From assembly GCA_963677925.2 (NCBI GenBank), contig CAXXYH010000003.1, positions 1,664,001 through 1,728,000 of the forward strand: a stretch of DNA of 64,000 bases, read 5' to 3'. Shown piece by piece: positions 38,941-48,257 of the stretch (positions are counted from its first letter, which is position 1; each line of letters opens with the position of its first letter). A program made the position numbers and the translations under genes. Source of the stretch: Spirochaetia bacterium (GTDB lineage: Bacteria; Spirochaetota; Spirochaetia; UBA9216). The notes beneath the pieces are model-generated. The model was given only the letters and a program-made list of their open reading frames with translations, ran no database searches and had not been told where the DNA came from.

Positions 38941-39366
38941 ATGATTCTATTTTCCAAACAGTACGAAATCTCATCAGACAATCCTCTTACATACGGCGAA
39001 GCATCAAGCAGTCTAAAAAAAACTCTTAAACAGATCGGCCTGGCAGCAGATATCATCAAGCGAACAGCTATCGCAATGTATGAGGCAGAGATAAATACCA
39101 TAGTTCACGGACACGGCGGAACCGCAGAGGTCACAATTACAGAAGACAGTATTAAGATAATCTTTGAGGATCAGGGCCCCGGTATACCCGATATTGAGCT
39201 TGCGATGCAGGAAGGTTATTCAACCGCATCCGAAGAAATTCGTGAAATGGGCTTCGGTGCGGGCCTTGGTCTGCCTAATATAAAAAAGAATTCGAGCGAT
39301 CTCCTTATTGAATCCGAACCCGGAAAGGGTACCCGGGTAACCATAGGAATAGATCTTCCGAGGTAA
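38941..39366 (+). CDS. RsbT/RsbW-like anti-sigma Ser/Thr kinase
   Basis: YEAEIN..HGHGG, DQGPGIPDIELAMQEGYST, GAGLGLPN, GKGT. Confidence 0.9.
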   Translation: MILFSKQYEISSDNPLTYGEASSSLKKTLKQIGLAADIIKRTAIAMYEAEINTIVHGHGGTAEVTITEDSIKIIFEDQGPGIPDIELAMQEGYSTASEEIREMGFGAGLGLPNIKKNSSDLLIESEPGKGTRVTIGIDLPR

Positions 39367-39368
39367 AT

Positions 39369-40679
39369 ATGTCCGAATATATACACTCAGTATATCTTGA
39401 TGAAGATAAATGCAGGGGCTGCACAAACTGCATTGGACACTGCCCTACCGAGGCTATCAGAGTACGCAGGGGTAAAGCCTTTATCATCAGCGACCGATGC
39501 ATTGACTGCGGAGAGTGCATCAGAGTTTGTCCGCATCACGCCAAAAAAGCCCACTCGGACAGCCTTGATGTGCTGAAAAAACACTCCTTCAACGTTGCAA
39601 TTCCCGCACCTACCCTCTACGGCCAGTTTAAAGACCGCTATTCAATCGATACCGTTCTCTCAGCACTTAAAAGGATAGGATTTGACGATGTCTTCGAGGC
39701 GGCAGCCGCGGCTGATATAGTTACTGCTGAACTCAGAAAGGCTCTTGAGAAGAAACCGGGAAACACTCCGTGGATATCATCATCCTGCCCAGCAATAGTC
39801 AGACTGATTCAGATTCGATACCCCGGCTTGATAGATCAGATAGTCAGAATTGAATCACCGATGGAAATTGCAGCCAGAATTATCAAACAGGATATTTACC
39901 CGGACATTGAGGATATTGGCGTCTACTTCATAAGCCCATGCCCGGCAAAGATAACTGCGGTGCGCTCACCCCTGGGGTCGGACCAGACCTGGGTGGACGG
40001 TGTGATCGCAATCAACCAGATCTATCTGCCTCTTCTTGCTGCCGCAGACACCGTAAAAAATCCTCCTCCGCTGGGAAAAGCTTCTTCCGCCGGTATAGGC
40101 TGGGCAAGAAGCGAAGGTGAAAGCAGCGCAACAGGCTGGACAGAAACGGTTGCTGTCGACGGAATCGACAATGTTATAAACTTCTTTGAAGAACTTGAAA
40201 ACGGTAAAATAAAGCACGTAGACTTTATTGAGGCTATGGCCTGCCCCGGAGGCTGTGTCGGGGGAGCACTCACTGTTGAAAATCCATATATTTCAAAAGC
40301 CCGAATCATAAGAAAAGCCTCTCATATGAAAGCTCGCGAAACTCATGGAGAATTGGCGGAAAATTCAAAGGTTCAGCTTGAGATGAATGCAGAAATAGCA
40401 CCGAAGCATATCCTTTCTCTTGATACTGATTTCAGAAAAGCTCTTGAAAAGATGGCTGAAATAGATAGAATCACAGAGACCCTCCCGGGACTGGACTGCG
40501 GTTCATGCGGAGCACCGACATGCAGGGCCCTTGCTGAGGATATCGTAAGGGATACCGCAAAAAAGAACGACTGCATATTTATACTCAGGGATGAAATCAA
40601 GCATCTTACTGAAAACCTTGCGGAACTCGGTTCATGGATGCCTCCACTGCTGTCGGATAAAAACAATCAGGAGAGCTGA
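39369..40679 (+). CDS. [FeFe]-hydrogenase-like Fe-S protein (putative sensory/group D-like)
   Basis: N-terminal 2x[4Fe-4S] (CRGCTNC..CP, CIDCGEC..CP); SSSCP, SPCPAK, EAMACPGGCVGG; C-terminal LPGLDCGSCGAPTC FeS domain. Confidence 0.85.
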   Translation: MSEYIHSVYLDEDKCRGCTNCIGHCPTEAIRVRRGKAFIISDRCIDCGECIRVCPHHAKKAHSDSLDVLKKHSFNVAIPAPTLYGQFKDRYSIDTVLSALKRIGFDDVFEAAAAADIVTAELRKALEKKPGNTPWISSSCPAIVRLIQIRYPGLIDQIVRIESPMEIAARIIKQDIYPDIEDIGVYFISPCPAKITAVRSPLGSDQTWVDGVIAINQIYLPLLAAADTVKNPPPLGKASSAGIGWARSEGESSATGWTETVAVDGIDNVINFFEELENGKIKHVDFIEAMACPGGCVGGALTVENPYISKARIIRKASHMKARETHGELAENSKVQLEMNAEIAPKHILSLDTDFRKALEKMAEIDRITETLPGLDCGSCGAPTCRALAEDIVRDTAKKNDCIFILRDEIKHLTENLAELGSWMPPLLSDKNNQES

Positions 40680-41371
40680 TGCTTACACCCTACGAAAAAA
40701 AACTCACCGAACATCTGTCGGAATTTACTACTGAACAGAGACTCGAAAAAATAAACCGTGTACTTGATCTTAGAACCCGGTACATGACGGTTGTCCTTGA
40801 GGATATCTTTCAGCCTCATAACGCCAGTGCAGTACTCCGCTCCTGCGACGGGTTCGGTGTTCAGAATGTACATATCATCGAAAACAGGAATACCTTTGCA
40901 CCGACAAAGACTGTAGATATGGGAACCGCCCAGTGGCTGAGTATCAACAAATACAGGGCGGAAAAGGGTACAAGCTCGACCATCCAGACCCTCCGAAAAC
41001 TGAAATCCGACGGCTACAGGATAGTAGCCACAACACCTCATACCAATGATGTAAATCTTGAGGACTTCGATCTTGAAAAGGGAAAGTTTGCAGTTGTACT
41101 GGGAACAGAGCTTGAGGGAATTACAGATGATGTTATGAATGAGGCAGATGAGTTTCTGAAGATTCCGATGTTCGGCTTTGTTGAAAGCTTCAATATTTCT
41201 GTAGCCTGTGCACTCATACTTCATCACCTGAGCTGGAAACTCCGTGATTCCGGAATAGACTGGAAACTCCCGGATGAGGAGAGAGAAGAGGTCCTGCTTT
41301 CATGGCTGAGAGGAACAGTAAAAAATGCGAAAGCCATTGAAAAGCATTTCGCCGATATTAATCTTGATTAG
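40679..41371 (+). CDS. trmH: TrmH/SpoU family tRNA methyltransferase
   Basis: PHNASAVLRSCDGFG, GTELEG, IPMFGFVESFNISVA. Confidence 0.88.
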   Translation: MLTPYEKKLTEHLSEFTTEQRLEKINRVLDLRTRYMTVVLEDIFQPHNASAVLRSCDGFGVQNVHIIENRNTFAPTKTVDMGTAQWLSINKYRAEKGTSSTIQTLRKLKSDGYRIVATTPHTNDVNLEDFDLEKGKFAVVLGTELEGITDDVMNEADEFLKIPMFGFVESFNISVACALILHHLSWKLRDSGIDWKLPDEEREEVLLSWLRGTVKNAKAIEKHFADINLD

Positions 41372-41398
41372 CCTTAAAAACACCGTTATATTCTTAGT

Positions 41399-41992
41399 AT
41401 GGCAGAAATAAAATCAGCACTTGAAATAGCTCTGGCCCGGACAGAGGGAATAGAGACAGACACAGGTAAATTACGCGAAAAAGAACTTAAGATTGAAGGC
41501 CGGAAGGCCGCAATTTCATTTATAGACAGCAAAACCGATGCAAAAGAACTTAAAAAGTTTTTGAAAGAATATAAAAACGAAGAAAAACAGGCTCTTATGC
41601 GCGGCCTTGCAGAGTCGTTTCTATCAAGGGTAAAACTGCCTATGGCAGAAGGCTTTGAAACCGAAATTCAGAGAACTGCAGAAGGCCTTGCGACAATATC
41701 AGATGACCCTTCATCCATCAACCAGATGTTTGATCAGCTGATCCAGTTTTTCGCGCAGTACCTTCAGAATAAAGAGCAGTTTGTAACACAGCTGACACAG
41801 CAGTTCCAGCCCCTGCTCAAGCAGAAAGAAGACGCAATCTTCGCACAGACAGGCAGCCGCATAAAAATCAACCCCATGGATGATCCTGAATTTCAGAAAG
41901 CTTATTCACAGAACATGGGAAAACTTGAGAAACAGTACACCGAGGCTGTAGACCAGGCAAAGGGCCAGCTGAAGGAATTTTTCGAACTATAA
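41399..41992 (+). CDS. conserved hypothetical protein (DUF6657-like)
   Basis: MAEIKSALEIALART N-terminus and P.DDPEFQK C-terminal motif. Confidence 0.7.
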   Translation: MAEIKSALEIALARTEGIETDTGKLREKELKIEGRKAAISFIDSKTDAKELKKFLKEYKNEEKQALMRGLAESFLSRVKLPMAEGFETEIQRTAEGLATISDDPSSINQMFDQLIQFFAQYLQNKEQFVTQLTQQFQPLLKQKEDAIFAQTGSRIKINPMDDPEFQKAYSQNMGKLEKQYTEAVDQAKGQLKEFFEL

Positions 41993-42016
41993 AACTTTCA
42001 AAACCAAGAAGGCAGA

Positions 42017-43156
42017 ATGGCGAAATTAAGTACATTGGAGCAGATAGCGGAGTCTGAAGGGACTCCGGTAGTTGTAGTCGATCACGATGTTCTTCGAAGG
42101 AACTACCGCGAATTCAATTCGATGCTTCCCCGCGTTCAGATCTTCTACGCGGTAAAAGCAAACTCAGAACCGGAGATAGTTAAAACACTTTTTGATGCAG
42201 GTTCAAGCTTTGATGTAGCTTCGATGAACGAATTTCTCCTTGTTCACCGGAACATTGAGAACTGGCCCGAAGACAAACGTCAGAAATTCATCTGGGAAAA
42301 GATTATCTACGCCAATCCCATCAAGGACATAAAAACCCTCAAGGAACTTGACTGCTACAAACCTCTGGTAACCTTCGATAATATCGAAGAGGTCTATAAA
42401 ATAAGAGACAACGCTCCTAACGCCGGACTGGTTTTAAGACTCAGAGTCCCCAATACGGGCGCAATGGTTGAACTTTCTTCAAAATTCGGAGCAGACCCCG
42501 GCGAAGCTGTCGCTCTAATAGAAGAGGCGTATAACTGCGGCCTGACTGTTGAAGGACTCAGCTTTCATGTAGGCAGTCAGACCACCAACTTTGACAACTA
42601 TATTCAGGCTCTTGAACTTGCCGCCGGCATCTTTGCCGAGGCTAAACTTAAGGGTTTTGAAAAGATGAAAATCCTCGATATCGGCGGAGGCTTCCCGGCC
42701 CCATACGATGTGAATGTCGAACCATTCAGGGAGCTTGCACGCAGACTTAATTCAGAACTTGACCGGCTGTTCGGTCCTGAAATTGAAGTTATTGCCGAAC
42801 CGGGCAGGTACATGGTTGCTACAGCCTGTACAGCAATAGCATCAGTTGTCGGAAAAGCTGATCGGGACGGAAAACGCTGCTACTATATTAATGACGGGGT
42901 ATATCACACTTTTTCGGGTATAATTTTCGACCATTGTAAATACAGCCTGAGAGCGTTTAAAACCGGCCCAAAGAGTATCTGCTCGGTTTTCGGACCGACC
43001 TGCGACGCCCTGGATACCATCTCACTGGCTGAAGAACTGCCCGACCTGGACATAGGCGAGCACATATACAGCGAAAATATCGGAGCATACAGCAGCGCTT
43101 CATCAACCTGGTTTAACGGCTTTGCTCCGGCCAAAATAATTCATATAAACAGATAA
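42017..43156 (+). CDS. type III PLP-dependent ornithine/lysine decarboxylase
   Basis: FYAVKAN, FDVAS, KFGA, SFHVGSQ, DIGGGF, AEPGRY, GPTCDALD, GAYS, FNGF. Confidence 0.92.
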   Translation: MAKLSTLEQIAESEGTPVVVVDHDVLRRNYREFNSMLPRVQIFYAVKANSEPEIVKTLFDAGSSFDVASMNEFLLVHRNIENWPEDKRQKFIWEKIIYANPIKDIKTLKELDCYKPLVTFDNIEEVYKIRDNAPNAGLVLRLRVPNTGAMVELSSKFGADPGEAVALIEEAYNCGLTVEGLSFHVGSQTTNFDNYIQALELAAGIFAEAKLKGFEKMKILDIGGGFPAPYDVNVEPFRELARRLNSELDRLFGPEIEVIAEPGRYMVATACTAIASVVGKADRDGKRCYYINDGVYHTFSGIIFDHCKYSLRAFKTGPKSICSVFGPTCDALDTISLAEELPDLDIGEHIYSENIGAYSSASSTWFNGFAPAKIIHINR

Positions 43157-43268
43157 ACAGAATAAAATGCTTGACGTGAGCATTAGAGCTGAATATTATT
43201 TTAACTTGATGTTTTCAAAGCTCTAATAAGGCTTTTTAGACATCTTCATAACTTACTTAACTCCTTTT

Positions 43269-43967
43269 TCAGCGGTCCATTCCAGGCCGCTGTACTTTTT
43301 TAAGCATCTTTGAAATACTGTACATTATCCTCGCTGTAAGCCCCCAGATAACCTCGCTGTCATAACGGTAAACTACAAACCTGTTTCTTGTATGGGACCA
43401 GCTGTTCCAGTAACGTTCAGGAAGTCCAAGAGCCTCGGCCGGAAAAAGCTCAACCCGATCGCCTTTTTCATCTGTAAACCAAGGATCAATAGAGAGCCGG
43501 TAATTATATATTTCGGGTTCGGTATTCATAAAAAAATCAACAGGAATTGAAAACAGCTTTTCAACCTCATCAGGATTAGGCTGAAACACATCCATTGAAT
43601 TAACAAGCAGCCTTCCCATGTAAACATCAACAAAGGCCCCCATTGTCGTCAGCATATACCCGGCAGAACCATGAACTTCAATCATATCCCTGGTAATTCC
43701 GGTTTCCTCTTCAGTTTCACGCACCACAGTTTCAATCGAATTGCCGTCCTCTTCATCAACCATTCCGCCTGGAAAACATATCTCACCGCCCTGCCTGATA
43801 TTGGCGGCTCTTTTTTCAAAAAGTATGGATTCTATTCCATTATTATTGAAAAAAGGGATAACTACAGCGGAACGAAAGGCATCCTCACTGCCGATAATTC
43901 TTCTTTCACAGTCTTCAAAGCGTTTACCCGTATAGTCAACAAGACGATCAAAATAGCTGCTGTCCAT
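43269..43967 (-). CDS. Nudix CoA pyrophosphatase family protein
   Basis: GEICFPGG..RETEEETG Nudix box, PNPDEV, IWGLTARI. Confidence 0.9.
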   Translation of the reverse strand: MDSSYFDRLVDYTGKRFEDCERRIIGSEDAFRSAVVIPFFNNNGIESILFEKRAANIRQGGEICFPGGMVDEEDGNSIETVVRETEEETGITRDMIEVHGSAGYMLTTMGAFVDVYMGRLLVNSMDVFQPNPDEVEKLFSIPVDFFMNTEPEIYNYRLSIDPWFTDEKGDRVELFPAEALGLPERYWNSWSHTRNRFVVYRYDSEVIWGLTARIMYSISKMLKKVQRPGMDR

Positions 43968-44038
43968 AATATCTCCAGTAATCTAAATTTAAACCATCCG
44001 GGCCTTTGAGTACAGAATAAAAACTAATAAAACACGGT

Positions 44039-45178
44039 TTAATCAGCCGGAGTCAGCCTTCTCAGCCTTGCGCCGTCTCGATCCTCCAGGATCCAGACAG
44101 CCCCGTCGGGGCCCTGCTCGACCTCCCGAATCCGTCTGCCCATACTGAACCTTTCCGCTTCAAAGGCCTTGCCGCCGGAGGTATTTACCCGTACAAGACT
44201 CTGCGATACCAGCCCGCCGATTAGGGCATTATCCTGCCAGCCCTGAAACAGTTCATCGTCATAAATAATCAGCCCGGAAGGGGCAATACTCGGAACCCAA
44301 TACTCATCGGGGGCATAGAATTCCGGCCTTGTATCATGATCGGGAATATCAGCACCGGAATATTGATTTCCCCAGGAAACCAGCGGCCAGCCGTAATTTT
44401 CCCCTCTTATTATGCGGTTCAACTCGTCCCCGTGACGCGGACCCATTTCAACGGCCCACAGCTGCCATCTGCTGTCAAAGGCTAAACCTAGAACATTACG
44501 ATGTCCCAGAGTCCAGAAAGATTCTGCAAGCTTGCCCTTGTAATAAAAAGGATTATCTTCAGGCACAGTGCCGTTGTCTTTCAGCCTTATTATTTTTCCG
44601 AGGTTCTGGCTCCAGTCCTGTGCGGGCTGCTGTTTCTGCCTTTCACCGGAGGAAATATACAAATATCCGTCCTGATCAAATACCAGCCGATGTGAATAAT
44701 GTCCGGTTCCGCTTACCTTGGGATACTGACGCCATATAACTTCCAAATCTTTAAGTGAAGCTGAATCGCCGGAGCGTTCCAGCACAGCCCGTGCAACTGC
44801 TGCACCGGACAGACCGGAAGATCCTGCTTCGGCATACGAAATATAAATGATTTTGTTATCCATGTAGCCGGGATGCAGAATTACATCACCAAGCCCGCCC
44901 TGGCCACCATAGGCAGTTTGCGGAACTCCGCTGACTTGAATGCGCCTTCCGCTTTCGATGTTGTAAAGAATCAGACTGCCCGTCCTTTCGGTTACCAGAA
45001 GTTCCTGCTCTCCTGCAAAGGTCATTGCCCAGGGCTGATTAAAAACTCCGTAATCCTCGGCAAGAATCCTGCTGCCGGCATTACCTGTAATGATTTCCGA
45101 TTTGCCCTGCGCAGAACCGGCCAGTACGAAAACTGATAACAGCAGCAACATATTGATCGAAAAATGTAAATTTTTCAT
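44039..45178 (-). CDS. PQQ-dependent soluble aldose sugar dehydrogenase (YliI-like)
   Basis: [42 protein letters not shown]; signal peptide. Confidence 0.9.
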   Translation of the reverse strand: MKNLHFSINMLLLLSVFVLAGSAQGKSEIITGNAGSRILAEDYGVFNQPWAMTFAGEQELLVTERTGSLILYNIESGRRIQVSGVPQTAYGGQGGLGDVILHPGYMDNKIIYISYAEAGSSGLSGAAVARAVLERSGDSASLKDLEVIWRQYPKVSGTGHYSHRLVFDQDGYLYISSGERQKQQPAQDWSQNLGKIIRLKDNGTVPEDNPFYYKGKLAESFWTLGHRNVLGLAFDSRWQLWAVEMGPRHGDELNRIIRGENYGWPLVSWGNQYSGADIPDHDTRPEFYAPDEYWVPSIAPSGLIIYDDELFQGWQDNALIGGLVSQSLVRVNTSGGKAFEAERFSMGRRIREVEQGPDGAVWILEDRDGARLRRLTPAD

Positions 45179-45326
45179 AATCACTCCTGTTTATAAAATA
45201 AGTATAAACGGCAGATATTGTTAACTATTTTTGTCATGTATTTTTTTTTCAGGAAGTAAAGAACTTTATATCGATATCTTTCCGCATGCTTCCCAGATCA
45301 CCTTAATCATTCTATAATCCAAAGTC

Positions 45327-47576
45327 ATGGATCTTTTCTCATCAAGCCCCGACACAAACGCGCCTCTCGCCCACCGGATGAGGCCGAGAACCATCGATGA
45401 GTTCATCGGACAGGGCCACATTGCAGGTCCCGGCAGACTGCTTAGAAGGCTGATTCAGGCAGACAGGATGTCGTCTATAATCTTCTACGGTCCTCCGGGA
45501 ACAGGAAAAACTACACTTGCCCAGGTAATCGCCAATACAACCGAAAGCTACTTCATTACAATGAATGCAGTTCTTGACGGTGTAAAAAACCTCCGGGACG
45601 CTATTGCCGAAGCGCAGAACCATCGTGATCTTTATGGAAGACGTACAATCCTATTTGTCGACGAAGTACACCGATGGAACAAGTCTCAGCAGGATGCGCT
45701 GCTTCCCTGGGTTGAAAACGGAACGGTCATATTAATTGGAGCGACAACGGAGAACCCCTACTTTGAAGTAAACAAGGCGCTTGTGAGCCGAAGCCGTATT
45801 TTCCAGCTTAAATCACTCACAACAGATGATTTGTATAATATAGCAAGACAGGCCCTGGCCGACAGTCAGCGCGGCTACGGCAGGTTTAACGTCCATATAA
45901 GCGAAGAAGCTCTGGGTCACCTTGTGGATATCTCTTCAGGTGATGCAAGAAGTCTGCTAAACGCTCTTGAACTGGCGGTCGAAACCTCAGCAGACAAGTT
46001 CCCCCCCGAACCGGGTTCCGAGATTAAAATAGATCTGCAGACAGCAGAAGAGAGCATACAGAAAAAAGCCGTCCTCTACGACAAGGAAGGTGATTATCAT
46101 TTTGATACAATTAGCGCATTCATCAAATCGATTCGGGGCTCAGACCCGGATGCGGCACTGTACTGGATGGCTACAATGATAAGGGCGGGAGAAGACCCCC
46201 GCTACCTTTTCAGGCGGATGCTTATCAGTGCCAGCGAGGACATCGGACTTGCGGACCCTGCAGCGCTCGGTGTTGTTGAATCAGCAGCCGCTTCATTCGA
46301 CAGGGTCGGGCTTCCGGAGGGTCAGTTCCATCTTGCCCAGGCGGCCCTCTACCTCGCAACTGCACCTAAATCAAACTCAACGCTGGCGTTCTTCGACGCA
46401 CTTAATTCAATAGAAAAAGACGGCTCAGGCGAAGTCCCCAATCATCTTAAGGATGCCGGACGCGACAAGGAAGGCTTCGGGCACGGCGAAGGATATATGT
46501 ATCCGCATGCCTACCGCGACCACTGGGTTGCACAGCAGTACCTGCCATCAGGGCTTCAGGGAAGGATATTTTACCAGCCTTCAGATCAGGGATTTGAAAA
46601 AGAGATACGTGATTCGGTTGAGAAAAGAAGGGAAATACAGCTCTCTGCGGCTGTTCAGCCTGAGCACGAGGAAATCCTCACCTTCAGCCCGCCTGACAGG
46701 CAGCAGGAAAGGTGGCTCAAAAGAGTGACCGACAGTTCCGGCACTACACTTTCAATAATCAGAAACTCGATTTTTGAAGATCTTAATATCAAGCGGCATG
46801 ACTGTATTCTGGTACTCGAAAACAGGCCCCCGGTACTTCTCTGGGAGGCTGTAAGAAAAACCCCCGAGGGAGGAGTATGGTACATGCCCTCAGGAGGCAG
46901 AGCTGCAGAGATTGCCGCTCATCATTCCCAGGGACTGCCGGAAGACAGAAGGCCTGTTGAAATAAAACAGGCCCCGGACAGTCCAGGCACCGCAGGCACT
47001 CCTGCAGATTCGCTTCGGAGCGGAAAACTTGCGCAATCACTTGAATCCGGCCTCAAATTCGATCTGATAATACTCTCTGATCTTCTGACAAGGGAACCGG
47101 ATAAAACCGCTTTTCTGCAGCAGACGGCAAAACTGCTTCAACCCGGCGGAAAGGCGGTAATCCATCAGATTATTCCCTCCGGCGCCCAACGGCTTTCGGC
47201 ACTTGCAGAAGTAAGCGAGCCCCTCTCTGCTCATGTGGCTCTCTTAACCGCACTGAAGAACGCCGAAGACGCAATTTACAGACAGCCGGATAACCCCCTT
47301 GTAAACTGGGACGGAAATACAGTGGTGAAGTCGGCGGCGGACGCCGGGCTGAAATATATACACAGCATCGAAACGATAACCGAAAAGCGCTCAATTTCAG
47401 CCGAAGATATAAACAAGTGGTTTGAGCCGGGCGGCAGCTATGGCTCAGTCCTGAAGACACTTCTTTCCACTGAGGATATGTCCCGGCTGATACAGATTAT
47501 CAGTGCTGCAGCCTCAGGAAAAACGGTAGCCTGGCAGATGAAATTCATTAAACTTTCATTTACATTAGTATTTTAG
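45327..47576 (+). CDS. rarA: replication-associated recombination protein A with C-terminal methyltransferase-like extension
   Basis: [56 protein letters not shown]; about 300 extra C-terminal residues (FDLI, LLQPGG). Confidence 0.9.
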   Translation: MDLFSSSPDTNAPLAHRMRPRTIDEFIGQGHIAGPGRLLRRLIQADRMSSIIFYGPPGTGKTTLAQVIANTTESYFITMNAVLDGVKNLRDAIAEAQNHRDLYGRRTILFVDEVHRWNKSQQDALLPWVENGTVILIGATTENPYFEVNKALVSRSRIFQLKSLTTDDLYNIARQALADSQRGYGRFNVHISEEALGHLVDISSGDARSLLNALELAVETSADKFPPEPGSEIKIDLQTAEESIQKKAVLYDKEGDYHFDTISAFIKSIRGSDPDAALYWMATMIRAGEDPRYLFRRMLISASEDIGLADPAALGVVESAAASFDRVGLPEGQFHLAQAALYLATAPKSNSTLAFFDALNSIEKDGSGEVPNHLKDAGRDKEGFGHGEGYMYPHAYRDHWVAQQYLPSGLQGRIFYQPSDQGFEKEIRDSVEKRREIQLSAAVQPEHEEILTFSPPDRQQERWLKRVTDSSGTTLSIIRNSIFEDLNIKRHDCILVLENRPPVLLWEAVRKTPEGGVWYMPSGGRAAEIAAHHSQGLPEDRRPVEIKQAPDSPGTAGTPADSLRSGKLAQSLESGLKFDLIILSDLLTREPDKTAFLQQTAKLLQPGGKAVIHQIIPSGAQRLSALAEVSEPLSAHVALLTALKNAEDAIYRQPDNPLVNWDGNTVVKSAADAGLKYIHSIETITEKRSISAEDINKWFEPGGSYGSVLKTLLSTEDMSRLIQIISAAASGKTVAWQMKFIKLSFTLVF

Positions 47577-47587
47577 TAATATATATC

Positions 47588-47616
47588 TTGACAACTTAGC
47601 ACCTCCTAATTATCTT
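47588..47616 (+). promoter_or_regulatory. sigma70 promoter of rpsD with embedded TTAG-N6-CTAA palindrome
   Basis: TTGACA (47588)-17-TATCTT (47611); TTAG-CACCTC-CTAA at 47596-47609. Confidence 0.6.
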
Positions 47617-47639
47617 AATAAATCTAAACAGGAGGCCAA

Positions 47640-48257
47640 ATGGCAAGATCAAACAACCCGAAGGGCAAAATTGTTAGACGCTTCGGTGATAATATATTCG
47701 AACAGCCGAAATATTCGAAGCTGCTGGACCGAAAACCGAATAAACCCGGTAAAGATCCTAAAACCAGAACCCGCAAAAAAATCAGCGACTACGGGCTTCA
47801 GCTTGAAGCAAAACAGAAACTCAGGTTCACCTATGGACTTTCGGAAAAACAGTTCTACAATCTTTATGAAAAGGCTAAAAAAAGACCGGGCGATACAGGA
47901 ATGAATATGCTTAAAATGCTTGAGCAGAGAATCGACAACACGGTTTTCCGCCTTAACTGGGCAGCAAGCAGAGCCCAGGCAAGGCAGATGGTTTCACACG
48001 GCCATATCCTTGTAAACGGAAAAAGACTTAATATTCCATCAGCACAGATAAATCCCGGAGATGAAATATCTCTGTCTTCAAAAAAAGGAGTCCGCGACCT
48101 GGCCAGACAGAATATTAGCGGCATATCCAGAAGAACCACTTCCTGGCTGAATACTGATAATGATGACTTCAAAGCCGCTGTTGCAGCTTCTCCCGAAGGG
48201 CTTTCAGAGAATGTAAAAGCTAATCAGAGGCTGATAATCGAATACTACTCAAGATAG
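47640..48257 (+). CDS. rpsD: 30S ribosomal protein S4 (cysteine-free type), stand-alone
   Basis: SDYGLQL..KQKLRFTYG, LEQRIDNTVFR, ARQMVSHGHILVNG, IIEYYSR; AGGAGG RBS. Confidence 0.95.
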   Translation: MARSNNPKGKIVRRFGDNIFEQPKYSKLLDRKPNKPGKDPKTRTRKKISDYGLQLEAKQKLRFTYGLSEKQFYNLYEKAKKRPGDTGMNMLKMLEQRIDNTVFRLNWAASRAQARQMVSHGHILVNGKRLNIPSAQINPGDEISLSSKKGVRDLARQNISGISRRTTSWLNTDNDDFKAAVAASPEGLSENVKANQRLIIEYYSR

